Assembly (NCBI GenBank): GCA_964370435.1 | Contig: CAYJJG010000001.1 | Location: 147,561-179,560 of the forward strand | DNA from: an uncultured Holdemania sp. | GTDB lineage: Bacteria; Bacillota_I; Bacilli_A; Erysipelotrichales; Erysipelotrichaceae | DNA: 32,000 nucleotides | Direction of reading: 5' to 3' | Shown here: positions 10,235-19,441 of the stretch, piece after piece | How positions within the stretch are numbered: position 1 is the first letter of the stretch | Layout of the letters: each line of letters opens with the position of its first letter | The notes under the pieces: model-generated | What the model was told of the DNA's origin: nothing | Database searches by the model: none | The model's input: only the letters and a program-made list of their open reading frames with translations | Program-made: the position numbers and the translations under genes

Positions 10235-10450
10235 AAATGTAATGATGGAAAGAGTAGTTTTACAATATCTTTTAGAGAGCAATCATCTAGGTGTAAGATT
10301 GTATTTATTGTGAATGAACATGGCTCCTGAACTGTTTACTTGATATGTAAAGTAAAACGATTGCTTCGCGTTAAGAAGTTTGAGGTGTTATTAATAACAT
10401 AAAATAAGGTGGTACCACGCAAGCAGCGTCCTTTGTGATGGTGCTTTTTT
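10235..10450 (+). promoter_or_regulatory. T-box leader (methionine-specific by context) controlling metG
   Basis: Putative promoter TTACAT (10201-10206), 16-nt spacer, TATAAT (10223-10228). Stem I start AATGATGGAAAGAGTAG (10241-10257). AGAGA box (10271-10280). AUG triplets at 10314-10316 and 10320-10322, where the specifier loop is expected. T-box motif AAATAAGGTGGTACCACG (10402-10419). Terminator AAGCAgCGTC / GATGgTGCTT plus T6 (10421-10450). Confidence 0.85.
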
Positions 10451-10468
10451 ATTTAGGAGGTAACTAGA

Positions 10469-12388
10469 ATGAATAAACCGTATTATATTACTACAGCCAT
10501 TGCCTATACTTCGGCTAAACCCCACTTGGGCAACACTTATGAAATTGTATTAACAGACAGTATTGCAAGATATAAAAGAATGCTAGGCTATGATGTCTTT
10601 TTTCAAACAGGTACTGATGAACACGGTATTAAAATTGAACAAAAGGCTATTGCTGCTAATGTTTCACCACAAGCCTTTGTCGATGATATTGCTGCACAAA
10701 TAAAAGCTATAGGAGATTTAATGAATACTTCCTATGATAAGTTTGTAAGAACTAGCGATCCTTACCATAAATCTCAAGTTCAAAAAATGTTCAAAAAGCT
10801 TTATCAACAAGGTGATATTTATAAATCTGAATATGAAGGATTATATTGTACACCTTGTGAATCGTTTTATACTGAAAGTCAATTAGTTGATGGTAAATGC
10901 CCTGATTGTGGGCGTGAAGTAACAAAAGAAAAAGAAGAAGCCTATTTTTTCAAAATGAGTAACTATGCTGATAGATTATTGAAGCATATTGAAGAAAACC
11001 CTCAATTTATTCAGCCTGAATCTAGAAAAAATGAAATGATAAATAACTTTATTAAACCTGGATTACATGATTTATGTGTCTCTCGTACTAGTTTAAAATG
11101 GGGCATCCCTGTAGATTTTGATGATAAACATGTTGTGTATGTTTGGATTGATGCTCTTTCTAACTACATTACTGGATTAGATTTTGACTGTGATGGAAAT
11201 CATGGTGAACTCTATAAAAAATATTGGCCAGCAGATGTTCATGTTATAGGAAAGGACATTCTTCGTTTTCATACCATTTATTGGCCTATTATGTTGATGG
11301 CGCTAGATTTACCGCTTCCTAAGCAAATCTTTGGACATCCTTGGCTATTAGTAGGTGAAGGAAAGATGTCTAAATCCAAAGGGAATGTAATCTATGCCGA
11401 TGACTTGGTAAAATTATTTGGTGTTGATGCAGTACGTTACATTATGCTTCATGAAATGCCATTTGCGCATGATGGTGTTGTTACTTATGAATCTATGGTT
11501 GAGCGTATTAATACTGATTTGGCTAATGTTCTAGGTAATCTAGTTAATCGTACAATAACAATGAGTAATAAATATTTTGATGGATTAGTAACTAATCCTA
11601 AAGTTTTAGAGGATGTTGATCAAGAGCTTATTTCATTAGCATTAGGCACTCCCGATGCAGTTAGAGCAAAAATGGATGAACTACGTGTTACTGATGCTAT
11701 TGATGCTATATTAACCCTCCTAAGAAGAAGCAATAAATATATTGATGAAACTACTCCTTGGATTTTAGGCAAAGATGAAACTAAAAAAGAACGTTTAGCA
11801 ACTGTTTTATATAACCTTTTAGAAAGCATTCGTATTAGTGCTGTTTTATTAAGCCCTTTCTTACCTGAAACAAGCGAGAAAATTTTAAGTCAGTTAAATA
11901 CAACTAAAAAGAATTATTCAACTATTACTGCTTTCGGTGAACTAGAAACTAATCACCATGTAACTTCAAAACCTGAAATTTTATTTGCTCGTCTAGATGA
12001 AAAAGAAGTCTTAGATGCTGTAGCAAATAGTCAAGTTAAACAACCAGAAATAAAACAAGAGACAAAAGAAGAAATCACTTTTGAAGATTTTAGCAAAGTG
12101 GAATTAACAGTAGGTGTTGTAGAGCAATGCGAAAAACATCCTAAGGCTGATAAATTATTAGTATCTCAAATTAATATTGGTAGCGAGATACGTCAAATTG
12201 TTTCTGGGATTGCCGATCATGTTTCACCCGAGGACATGATAGGTAAAAAAGTAGTTGTTGTTACCAACCTGAAAACAGCTAAATTACGCGGTGTTGAATC
12301 ACAAGGTATGATTTTAGCTGGAACAAGTGAAAATTTATTAGAAGTGTTACAGGTAAAGGAGCTTCCTGCTGGTTCTAAAATCAAGTAA
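10469..12388 (+). CDS. metG: Methionyl-tRNA synthetase with C-terminal tRNA-binding (EMAP/Trbp111-like) domain
   Basis: 639 aa. HLGN (HIGH-type) motif, KMSKS motif, zinc knuckle CTPC...CPDC, and a C-terminal OB-fold segment (KHPKADKLLVSQINIG...ESQGMIL). Confidence 0.97.
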   Translation: MNKPYYITTAIAYTSAKPHLGNTYEIVLTDSIARYKRMLGYDVFFQTGTDEHGIKIEQKAIAANVSPQAFVDDIAAQIKAIGDLMNTSYDKFVRTSDPYHKSQVQKMFKKLYQQGDIYKSEYEGLYCTPCESFYTESQLVDGKCPDCGREVTKEKEEAYFFKMSNYADRLLKHIEENPQFIQPESRKNEMINNFIKPGLHDLCVSRTSLKWGIPVDFDDKHVVYVWIDALSNYITGLDFDCDGNHGELYKKYWPADVHVIGKDILRFHTIYWPIMLMALDLPLPKQIFGHPWLLVGEGKMSKSKGNVIYADDLVKLFGVDAVRYIMLHEMPFAHDGVVTYESMVERINTDLANVLGNLVNRTITMSNKYFDGLVTNPKVLEDVDQELISLALGTPDAVRAKMDELRVTDAIDAILTLLRRSNKYIDETTPWILGKDETKKERLATVLYNLLESIRISAVLLSPFLPETSEKILSQLNTTKKNYSTITAFGELETNHHVTSKPEILFARLDEKEVLDAVANSQVKQPEIKQETKEEITFEDFSKVELTVGVVEQCEKHPKADKLLVSQINIGSEIRQIVSGIADHVSPEDMIGKKVVVVTNLKTAKLRGVESQGMILAGTSENLLEVLQVKELPAGSKIK

Positions 12389-12393
12389 TTTTT

Positions 12394-12425
12394 AAGCAAA
12401 CAATTTATATTGTTTGCTTTTTTTA
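12394..12425 (+). terminator. Intrinsic terminator of metG
   Basis: AAGCAAACAAT-TTAT-ATTGTTTGCTT (perfect 11-bp stem) followed by a T run, 6 nt after the stop. Confidence 0.85.
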
Positions 12426-12530
12426 TGAACTGTTAAGCTATCTTAAGTTTTATTACAGAAAATTGCTTATTAGTGGTAGCCAACTTTTTATTTTAATGAT
12501 AAACTGAATTTTAGTTAAAGGAGGATACGC

Positions 12531-13346
12531 ATGAATAATCAAGAACTACAACTACATGCAACCGAAATAAGAAAAAACATTGTTAATATGGTAGCAGCAG
12601 CTAAATCAGGTCATCCAGGAGGTTCCCTTTCGGGTGTTGATTTATTAACTACTTTATATTTTAGCGAAATGAATATTAATAGCGATAATATAAAAACAAC
12701 TAATCGTGATCGCTTTGTTTTATCTAAAGGTCATGCTTCACCATTATTATATGGTGTTTTATCAGAAAGAGGATTCTTAGATAAAAATCTATTAAGTACT
12801 TTTAGACAAACTGGAAGTACTCTTCAAGGGCATCCTAATATGAATTATGTGGATGGTGTTGATATGTCAACAGGAAGTCTAGGTCAAGGACTTAGCACAG
12901 CTGTAGGTATGGCAATGTCCAACAAATTAGATGGCAATGAAAATCGTGTTTATGCCTTAGTTGGAGATGGAGAATCTCAAGAGGGTCAAATCTGGGAAGC
13001 AGCAATGGCTGCAGCTCACTATAAACTAGATAACTTATGTGCTATCTTAGATTTTAATGGTTTACAAATTGATGGGGATATTACAAAAGTAATGAATCCA
13101 AATCCACTTGATAAAAAATTTGAAGCTTTTGGATGGAATGTACTTACTATTGATGGTCACGATTTTGATGAAATTAAAGATGCCTATGCTAAAGCTCGTG
13201 CACATAAAGGTCAACCGACTTTAATTTTAGCAAATACTGTTAAGGGTAAAGGTGTAAGTTTCATGGAAAACCAAGCAGGATGGCATGGTGTTGCCCCTAC
13301 TGAGGAACAACGCACTCAAGCGATTAATGAATTGGAGGGTAAATAA
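12531..13346 (+). CDS. Transketolase, N-terminal (thiamine-diphosphate-binding) subunit of a split enzyme
   Basis: 271 aa. SGHPGGSLS, LSKGHA, GDGESQEGQIWEA (TPP motif). AGGAGG RBS. Confidence 0.92.
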   Translation: MNNQELQLHATEIRKNIVNMVAAAKSGHPGGSLSGVDLLTTLYFSEMNINSDNIKTTNRDRFVLSKGHASPLLYGVLSERGFLDKNLLSTFRQTGSTLQGHPNMNYVDGVDMSTGSLGQGLSTAVGMAMSNKLDGNENRVYALVGDGESQEGQIWEAAMAAAHYKLDNLCAILDFNGLQIDGDITKVMNPNPLDKKFEAFGWNVLTIDGHDFDEIKDAYAKARAHKGQPTLILANTVKGKGVSFMENQAGWHGVAPTEEQRTQAINELEGK

Positions 13347-13347
13347 A

Positions 13348-14268
13348 ATGTCACAAGAAACTAGAAATGCCTATGGTGAAGTTCTAGCCGAACTAATTTT
13401 AGAAAATGAAAATATCGTAGTTCTAGATGCCGATTTAACTAAGTCAACTAAAACTGCACTAGCTAAAGAAGCTTGCCAAGAGCGTCACTTCAATATGGGT
13501 ATTGCTGAAGGAAATATGATGAGTGTTGCTGCAGGATTAGCAGCTAGCGGTAAAATTGTATTTGCAAGTACTTTTGCAATGTTTGCGGCAGGACGCCCTT
13601 TTGAACAAATTCGTAACTCTATTTGTTATCCTAAGTTAAATGTTAAAATTTGTGCTACTCATGCAGGTATTAGTGTTGGTGAGGATGGAGCATCACATCA
13701 AGCTATTGAAGATATCAGCTTAATGCGCAGTATCCCAAATATGCAAGTTTTCTCTCCATGTGATCAATATGAAACAAAAGCTATTATTCGTCACGTTGCT
13801 AGTATCGATGGCCCTTGTTATGTAAGAATGGGACGCGGTAAAGTTGCTGATGTTTATAATGAAACAACTACTTTTGATTTCAATAAAGCAGACATAGTAA
13901 GAAAAGGAACTAAAATTGCAGTATTTGCTACTGGACTAATGGTTCAAGAAAGTTTAAAAGCTGCTGAAGAATTAAGTAAAGATGGTATTGAATTAACAGT
14001 AGTTAATGTACGTTCAATCAAACCTCTTGATGAAGCTACTATAATTGAAGTTGCTAAAAGTCATGATCTATTAGTAACTGCTGAAGAACATACTGTTATC
14101 GGTGGATTATATGGTGCTATTAGTGAATGCTTAACTGCAAACGAACCTAAACGTTGCCTTGCAGTGGGTGTTAAAGATACTTTTGGTGAAAGTGGACCAG
14201 CAAATGAAGTGCTTAAAAAGTATGGTTTATCTTCTGAAGCTATTATTAAAGCTATAAAATCATTGTAA
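13348..14268 (+). CDS. Transketolase, C-terminal (pyrimidine-binding) subunit
   Basis: Start moved to the ATG at 13348 (MSQETRNAYGE), 1 nt after the upstream stop. 306 aa with FNMGIAEGNM and HAGISVGEDGASHQ motifs. Confidence 0.9.
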   Translation: MSQETRNAYGEVLAELILENENIVVLDADLTKSTKTALAKEACQERHFNMGIAEGNMMSVAAGLAASGKIVFASTFAMFAAGRPFEQIRNSICYPKLNVKICATHAGISVGEDGASHQAIEDISLMRSIPNMQVFSPCDQYETKAIIRHVASIDGPCYVRMGRGKVADVYNETTTFDFNKADIVRKGTKIAVFATGLMVQESLKAAEELSKDGIELTVVNVRSIKPLDEATIIEVAKSHDLLVTAEEHTVIGGLYGAISECLTANEPKRCLAVGVKDTFGESGPANEVLKKYGLSSEAIIKAIKSL

Positions 14269-14431
14269 TATTTATTCAACATAAAATATTTAGTAAACTA
14301 TTAGGTATAAAAAAAGTATTTATAGCCTAAAGCATCATAGATAAATACAGATTAAAACATGCTATTTATACTAATTTATTACATTTATTACATTTTTTTG
14401 CAAAAAGTAGAATTTATTTTAACAATTTACT

Positions 14432-14460
14432 TTGACTTTCTTAACATTCAGTGATAGTAT
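14432..14460 (+). promoter_or_regulatory. Putative sigma-A promoter of the cold-shock gene (leaves a leader of about 80 nt)
   Basis: TTGACT (14432-14437), 17-nt spacer, TGaTAGTAT extended -10 (14452-14460). Confidence 0.5.
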
Positions 14461-14545
14461 TATAATATATTTAAGCTATACAGATTCAATCACAATAATT
14501 TTGTGAAATTTACTTAGTTTGAATATTTGTGTTGGAGGTAAATGA

Positions 14546-14746
14546 ATGAACACAGGTAAAGTAAAATGGTTTAACGCGGAGAAAGGTTACGGATTTATCA
14601 CATCTGATGATGGAACTGATGTATTTGTACACTTTTCAGCAATCCAATCGGAAGGCTACAAATCATTAGATGAAGGTCAAACAGTAAGTTTCGACGTTAC
14701 TAATGGTGACCGTGGCCCTCAAGCCAGCAATGTTGTTAAGATTTAA
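14546..14746 (+). CDS. csp: Cold-shock protein (CspA family)
   Basis: 66 aa. RNP1 KGYGFI and RNP2 VFVHF motifs. GGAGG RBS. Confidence 0.97.
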   Translation: MNTGKVKWFNAEKGYGFITSDDGTDVFVHFSAIQSEGYKSLDEGQTVSFDVTNGDRGPQASNVVKI

Positions 14747-14766
14747 GGCTTAATAAACATTAAACT

Positions 14767-14793
14767 AAAGAGATGTTTTACATCTCTTTTTTA
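14767..14793 (+). terminator. Intrinsic terminator of csp, overlapping the stop of the convergent ORF
   Basis: AAAGAGATG-TTTTA-CATCTCTTT followed by TTT-A-TTTT. Confidence 0.75.
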
Positions 14794-15375
14794 TTTTATT
14801 ACTAAATAATCATATTGTTCACTAATACCTTTGATAAAGTATTGATATATTTTATGTTTATTCTGCTCTATAGGAGGTAATATCATTCTGTTTTTTTCTT
14901 TTATGAAAAGCAACACCGCCTCATTTTCTTTAATAGAGGATTGTTGATTATTAATAAGCTTTAAACAAGTCGCTAACTCGCGATCTTTTTTTATGCTTCC
15001 CCCTTTAATGACACGTGATTGGACTATTGATATATTTGATGTATTTTCTATGATTAACATTAACCACTGACATATTTTTTCAAAGCAAATTTCTTTATCT
15101 ATTAAATTAATAACCTTCCATGTAGTTATTTTTAAATAGTCTTTATTAGATAGAATAACTACTTGTGTCAATGGTATGTCAAATAAACTACACCATTCTA
15201 ATAATTCATCTTCATTTTGTTTGCTAATTATTACATAATAATCAGCTCTTTTGCCATTGTAACAGTGTACTGGATAATATTCGATGCAATTTTGCTTGGT
15301 TTTCTTTATCATTTTTGTCATCAAATAATGGTCCTTACATACTTCGAAATTTATTACTTGTATATTCATCTTCAT
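14791..15375 (-). CDS. Hypothetical protein, 194 aa, no family recognised
   Basis: Start moved to the ATG at 15375 (RBS AAAGGTGGA, MKMNIQVINF...). The 25-codon extension in the ORF track lies across the rubrerythrin terminator hairpin. Soluble, Cys-containing, with no recognisable motif. Confidence 0.55.
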   Translation of the reverse strand: MKMNIQVINFEVCKDHYLMTKMIKKTKQNCIEYYPVHCYNGKRADYYVIISKQNEDELLEWCSLFDIPLTQVVILSNKDYLKITTWKVINLIDKEICFEKICQWLMLIIENTSNISIVQSRVIKGGSIKKDRELATCLKLINNQQSSIKENEAVLLFIKEKNRMILPPIEQNKHKIYQYFIKGISEQYDYLVIK

Positions 15376-15420
15376 ATCCACCTTTACCCCTAGTCTATGT
15401 AGGATTAGAAGAGTTAGAAC

Positions 15421-15453
15421 TAAAAAAGCATGAAGAACACTGTTCTTCATGCT
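15421..15453 (-). terminator. Intrinsic terminator of the perR-rbr operon
   Basis: Perfect 12-bp stem AGCATGAAGAAC / GTTCTTCATGCT (15427-15453) with a 3-nt loop. On the minus strand it is followed by U6 (complement of 15422-15427). Confidence 0.85.
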
Positions 15454-15460
15454 TTAACTT

Positions 15461-16000
15461 TTAGAAATTTTCGTTTTTTACTTCAAAGAATGATTTTGGA
15501 TATCCACATAATGGACATGCCCCTGGAGCCATTTCTCCTGTGTGTTCGTGACCACAAATTTCACAAATCCAAGTTACTTTTTCTGCTTTTTTAAATACTG
15601 CTTCATTTTTAACATTTTCTAATAATGCTAAATATCTATCTTCATGATTTTTTTCGATTTTTGCAACCATATCCATTTGCGCAGCAATACGAGTAAATCC
15701 TTCTTCACGTGCAGTTTTAGCAAATTCTGCATACATATCCGTCCATTCAAAGTTTTCACCTTGTGCTGCAGCTACTAAATTATCAGCAGTTGTTGCTAAT
15801 TCGCCACCATGTAAATGTTTGAACCATAACATTGCATGTTCTTGTTCGTTTCTTGCTGTTTCTTCAAAGATATTAGCGATTTGCTCCATACCTTCTTCAC
15901 GTGCTTTCATTGCAAAATAAGTATACTTGTTACGTGCTTGACTTTCACCAGCGAACGCTGACATTAAGTTTTGTTCTGTTTTAGATCCTTTTAATTCCAT
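15461..16000 (-). CDS. rbr: Rubrerythrin
   Basis: Start moved to the ATG at 16000 ([26 protein letters not shown]). 179 aa. Di-iron ferritin-like EXXH motifs ([22 protein letters not shown]) and a C-terminal rubredoxin-like CEICGHE...CPLCG. Confidence 0.93.
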   Translation of the reverse strand: MELKGSKTEQNLMSAFAGESQARNKYTYFAMKAREEGMEQIANIFEETARNEQEHAMLWFKHLHGGELATTADNLVAAAQGENFEWTDMYAEFAKTAREEGFTRIAAQMDMVAKIEKNHEDRYLALLENVKNEAVFKKAEKVTWICEICGHEHTGEMAPGACPLCGYPKSFFEVKNENF

Positions 16001-16001
16001 T

Positions 16002-16403
16002 TTAATTTTCTCCTTTAATTTTATTTTTTTTACAGTGTTTACAAACTCCCTCGAATATGATGCGATGACTTTCAATCTCGGCATCTAATTCTTCTTCGAC
16101 ATGCTTGATCATTTCATCTGTCAAAGTCATCCACACATCGCTATATGTATCGCAAATTCGACAGTGGAAATGATAGTGAGGTTTTGAATTACCATCGTAT
16201 ACATATCCTTGATCCTTATCACGGATACGTAAGATACGATTTTGTTCTACCAGTTTATTTAATTGACGATAAACAGTTGCAATACCTATAGTGCTATCTA
16301 CCTCTTTAACTTTTTGATAAACCTCTTCAGCACTCATATGAACGCCTACACCTTGTATTGCTTGATAAATTTTTTCTTGGTGTTTTGATGTTCTATTTCG
16401 CAT
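16002..16403 (-). CDS. perR: Fur-family transcriptional repressor, PerR-like
   Basis: 133 aa. Winged-helix N-terminus ([11 protein letters not shown]), HYHFHCRIC and GVCKHC metal-site motifs. Directly upstream of rbr. PerR rather than Fur or Zur is inferred from context. Confidence 0.7.
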   Translation of the reverse strand: MRNRTSKHQEKIYQAIQGVGVHMSAEEVYQKVKEVDSTIGIATVYRQLNKLVEQNRILRIRDKDQGYVYDGNSKPHYHFHCRICDTYSDVWMTLTDEMIKHVEEELDAEIESHRIIFEGVCKHCKKNKIKGEN

Positions 16404-16414
16404 CGTTTACCTCC

Positions 16415-16439
16415 TTAAATGATAACCATTATCATTTAA
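16415..16439. promoter_or_regulatory. Fur/PerR-box operator between the putative promoter and the perR RBS
   Basis: TTAAATGATAA-cca-TTATCATTTAA (11-3-11 inverted repeat). Its core TGATAAC-C-ATTATCA fits the 7-1-7 Fur-family box. A putative minus-strand promoter (TTGTAT, 17-nt spacer, TTAAAT) overlaps its distal arm. Confidence 0.65.
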
Positions 16440-16482
16440 ACATATATTTTAATTAAATACAAGTCTTTTAATCTAATTTAAT

Positions 16483-16510
16483 AAAAAAACTACATTGTTA
16501 TAATGTAGTT
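16483..16510 (-). terminator. Intrinsic terminator of the tmk-holB-ricT-rsmI operon
   Basis: ACTACATT-GTTAT-AATGTAGT stem. On the minus strand it is followed by U7 (complement of 16483-16489). Confidence 0.75.
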
Positions 16511-16515
16511 TCAAT

Positions 16516-17364
16516 CTAACGCTCTTTATGAAATAAGTGATATACTTCATTCTTTGAAATATTATTGTTTTTTGCAACCTCTTTTATTGCAGCACTTACA
16601 GATAATCCCAAATTAACTTTTTCAATAACTAAAGCTTTTATTTCTTCTTCAGTTAATATTTTTTCCTCTAGCACAGCTCCACTTAACACAAGCACCATTT
16701 CACCTTTTAGTTCTTCACAGATTGCTAAAATTTCACTTATCTTGCCACGAATAATTTCCTCGTGTTTTTTTGTAAGTTCTCTTGCTAAGCAAAGCTCACG
16801 ATCTTTAAACACTTCTAGAAATATGCTCAATGTTTTTTTAATTCGGTGTGGAGCTTCATAAAATATAATCGTACATGGTAATTCTTTTAGTGCTTCACAT
16901 TCTTTTCTTAAGGCATTGCTATTTGATGATAGAAAACCTTTAAAGTAAAAAGGCATAACCACTAGTCCAGAAACAACTAAAGCATTTAACATTGCATTGG
17001 CCCCTGAAATTGCTACCACATTATATCCTGCTTGCGAAGCCTTTTCTACAACATTTTGCCCTGGATCACAAAGTAACGGATATCCCGCATCACTTACTAA
17101 AGCAATGTTTTTTCCTTCATCTAGCAAATTTAAAATACCTCGTGCGCTATGATGCTCATTATGTTGATGATGAGCAATTAAACGTGTATGTATGTCAAAA
17201 TGAGTTAATAGCTTTTGTGTCATTCGTGTATCTTCAGCAGCTATAATATCAACATTTTTTAAAGTTTCTATTGCTCTTGGGCTCATCTCTGATAAATTCC
17301 CTATAGGTGTAGCTACTAAATATAAAGTTGCTTTATCATTATCAAAACTTTTTTGTCTAATCAT
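16516..17364 (-). CDS. rsmI: 16S rRNA (cytidine1402-2'-O)-methyltransferase RsmI
   Basis: 282 aa. LYLVATPIGNL...AAEDTR N-terminus and SDAGYPLLCDPG motif, typical of RsmI (tetrapyrrole-methylase fold). Confidence 0.92.
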   Translation of the reverse strand: MIRQKSFDNDKATLYLVATPIGNLSEMSPRAIETLKNVDIIAAEDTRMTQKLLTHFDIHTRLIAHHQHNEHHSARGILNLLDEGKNIALVSDAGYPLLCDPGQNVVEKASQAGYNVVAISGANAMLNALVVSGLVVMPFYFKGFLSSNSNALRKECEALKELPCTIIFYEAPHRIKKTLSIFLEVFKDRELCLARELTKKHEEIIRGKISEILAICEELKGEMVLVLSGAVLEEKILTEEEIKALVIEKVNLGLSVSAAIKEVAKNNNISKNEVYHLFHKER

Positions 17365-17366
17365 TG

Positions 17367-18473
17367 TTAATTACCTTTAGGTTTAGGTTTGTGATTGTTT
17401 TTTTGTTGATGATTAGCGTGCTGTTGTTTTTTATTTTTATTATGATGTCTCTTCTTATTATTGTGTTGCTTTTCCTTATTTGATTTTATTTCTTGAGGTT
17501 GTCCAATAGAAAATTCTTTTACATTATCAGCTATAACACCATCATTATCTACTTTATCTTCATGTGCTTTCTCTTCTTTTTTAACTTTTACTTTTGGAGC
17601 CTTTTCTTCGCTTTTAACTTGTATTGAGGCATCCATAGTTACTTTGTTGAATTTTCCTTTTTCCATCAGTTGTTCAATGGTTAAATAAACTGCATTCTCT
17701 TTATTTTCTATTTTACATTGTCTTGTAATAACATTTAAAGAAGCAAGTCGATACATCTTGCCTTCAAATTCTATTTGGCTATTCATCTTAGGAAGCCCTT
17801 GTCTCATTTCTTTATATTGTTGGTCTTCGTATTTTAAACAGCACATTAATTTTCCGCACTGCCCCGATAGTTTAGGAATATTCAGTGGCAATAATTGATT
17901 TTTAGCCATGTTTATAGAAACAACATCAAAATTATTTAAGAATCGTGAACAACATGTTTCTAAACCACATGCACCTACTCCGCCGACCATCTTAGCTTTG
18001 TCTCGTGGTCCGATTTGACGTAATTCTATTCTACATTTAAAAGATTGTGTTAAATCTTTAAGCAACTCTCTAAAATCCACTCTATTTTCTGAAACATATA
18101 CGAAAATAACTTTACTGCGATCTAAAGTATATTCACAGTTAATTAGATTCATATCTAAGTTATGTTTCTGAATACATTCTGAGCATAATCTTATAGCTTC
18201 TTTAGCTAATTTTTTGTTTTCTTCATACATTTTTTTATCTTGATCACTAGCTAGACGTAAAATAGCTTTTAACTGTGTTTGACCACTAAATGCAGAACGA
18301 TCTCTTAATGATGAGATCATTTCACCCAGTTCAAGACCTCTCGCGGTTTCGACTACTACCCAATTGCCATATTCCAATGTTTCAATATTAGTTCCAAAAG
18401 TATATGGTTTTTTTGTGTTTTCAAAACGTATCGATGCTATATACTTAAATTCATCTGCTATAACTTCACTCAC
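17367..18473 (-). CDS. ricT: PSP1-domain protein RicT/YaaT with a long basic low-complexity C-terminal tail
   Basis: PSP1 core with the Cys cluster GACGLETCCSRFL...CGKLMCCLKYE. Start placed at the GTG at 18473 (RBS AAGGAGGG), which shares its G with the holB TAG stop. The tail is KEKQHNNKKRHHNKNKKQQHANHQQKNNHKPKPKGN. Confidence 0.85.
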   Translation of the reverse strand: MSEVIADEFKYIASIRFENTKKPYTFGTNIETLEYGNWVVVETARGLELGEMISSLRDRSAFSGQTQLKAILRLASDQDKKMYEENKKLAKEAIRLCSECIQKHNLDMNLINCEYTLDRSKVIFVYVSENRVDFRELLKDLTQSFKCRIELRQIGPRDKAKMVGGVGACGLETCCSRFLNNFDVVSINMAKNQLLPLNIPKLSGQCGKLMCCLKYEDQQYKEMRQGLPKMNSQIEFEGKMYRLASLNVITRQCKIENKENAVYLTIEQLMEKGKFNKVTMDASIQVKSEEKAPKVKVKKEEKAHEDKVDNDGVIADNVKEFSIGQPQEIKSNKEKQHNNKKRHHNKNKKQQHANHQQKNNHKPKPKGN

Positions 18474-19441
18474 TATAATCCCTCCTTTAAACTTAATATG
18501 CATTGATTTATCAACAATCCTAAATTAAATGATTGTCTATTTTTATCTTTTGTTTCTAATAAAACTTGTGTCCAATGTCGTATATTGACGTTTAGTTCCT
18601 GTATTGTTTTAATAGCATTATCGTACCACACTATCTCAGTTATTGTTTGTAAACTTACATCATGTAGTATTCCGATTAATATGGATAAGAAGTAATTAAG
18701 TGTTTCACTATTAGATGCTTTTTCATTGAATACTTCACAATCTAAAGTAATCATAACCATATCCATATTCAATATGTTATTAAATAATTCCTTTACGCCA
18801 TATACAGCTTTTTGATAACTTTCTTGTTGTGAAACCTCAACAAGAAAATCAACATCTCTAATAAAGTGGCTCAATATAATACTATCTTCTTTACTTACAT
18901 TCGCACTTATTGCTTGTGCTTCACTGCTTTTTTTAGTTAGTGTTTTAAAAGGAAGTATTTGACATCGACTAAGAATAGTAGGCAATATCTTCGCTTCATC
19001 TTCAACCACTAGTATTGCTGTGATTTCGCTTCCTTGTGGTTCTTCTAGAAACTTAAGCAAGCTATTTAATGCAGCAGCAGTAGCATTTTCAGCACGATTT
19101 AGAATGTATACTTTTTTTCCTGACTTTTCCAGTGCTGTCTTTTTAAATTGTTCTTGTAAAGTAATTATTTCATCTTTTTTAATTGAAGTACTACTGCCAT
19201 CTAAAACAACAACATCATTATAATTACCTTCTTTAATTCTTAAACAGCTATCACATGTTTCACAAGCTAATTGTGATTCTTCACAAATAAGACTTTGTGC
19301 CAGAAATAGTGCAGCAGGTAACATCGCTGTTCCTGATTCTCCTAGAAACATGAGTGCATGAGATAATTTGTTCTTATTAATGGAATTAGTAAGAGTTTGA
19401 TAAACAAGGGGCTGTTCACTCTTCAGCTTGTTTTTCATCAT
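18473..19441 (-). CDS. holB: DNA polymerase III delta-prime subunit
   Basis: 322 aa. AAA+-like fold with degenerate P-loop (FLGESGTAM), Zn module CETCDSC, and SRC motif (TILSRCQIL). Located between tmk and ricT, as in Bacillus. Confidence 0.88.
   Translation of the reverse strand: MMKNKLKSEQPLVYQTLTNSINKNKLSHALMFLGESGTAMLPAALFLAQSLICEESQLACETCDSCLRIKEGNYNDVVVLDGSSTSIKKDEIITLQEQFKKTALEKSGKKVYILNRAENATAAALNSLLKFLEEPQGSEITAILVVEDEAKILPTILSRCQILPFKTLTKKSSEAQAISANVSKEDSIILSHFIRDVDFLVEVSQQESYQKAVYGVKELFNNILNMDMVMITLDCEVFNEKASNSETLNYFLSILIGILHDVSLQTITEIVWYDNAIKTIQELNVNIRHWTQVLLETKDKNRQSFNLGLLINQCILSLKEGL

Noticed and set aside
15434-15448. GAAC-ACT-GTTC, considered as a LexA/Cheo box.
   Set aside because: The spacer is 3 nt rather than 4, and the sequence is the tip of the 12-bp rbr terminator hairpin.
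15376-15450. N-terminal extensions suggested by the ORF track. This one is the example. The others are at 5539-5547, 9730-9804, 13285-13347, 16001-16084, 18474-18503, 20638-20715, 26486-26494, 27959-27964, 29529-29537 and 31642-31677.
   Set aside because: The extensions lack an RBS and overlap terminator hairpins, promoter elements or the upstream gene. In every case an internal start has a good SD and yields the canonical N-terminus.
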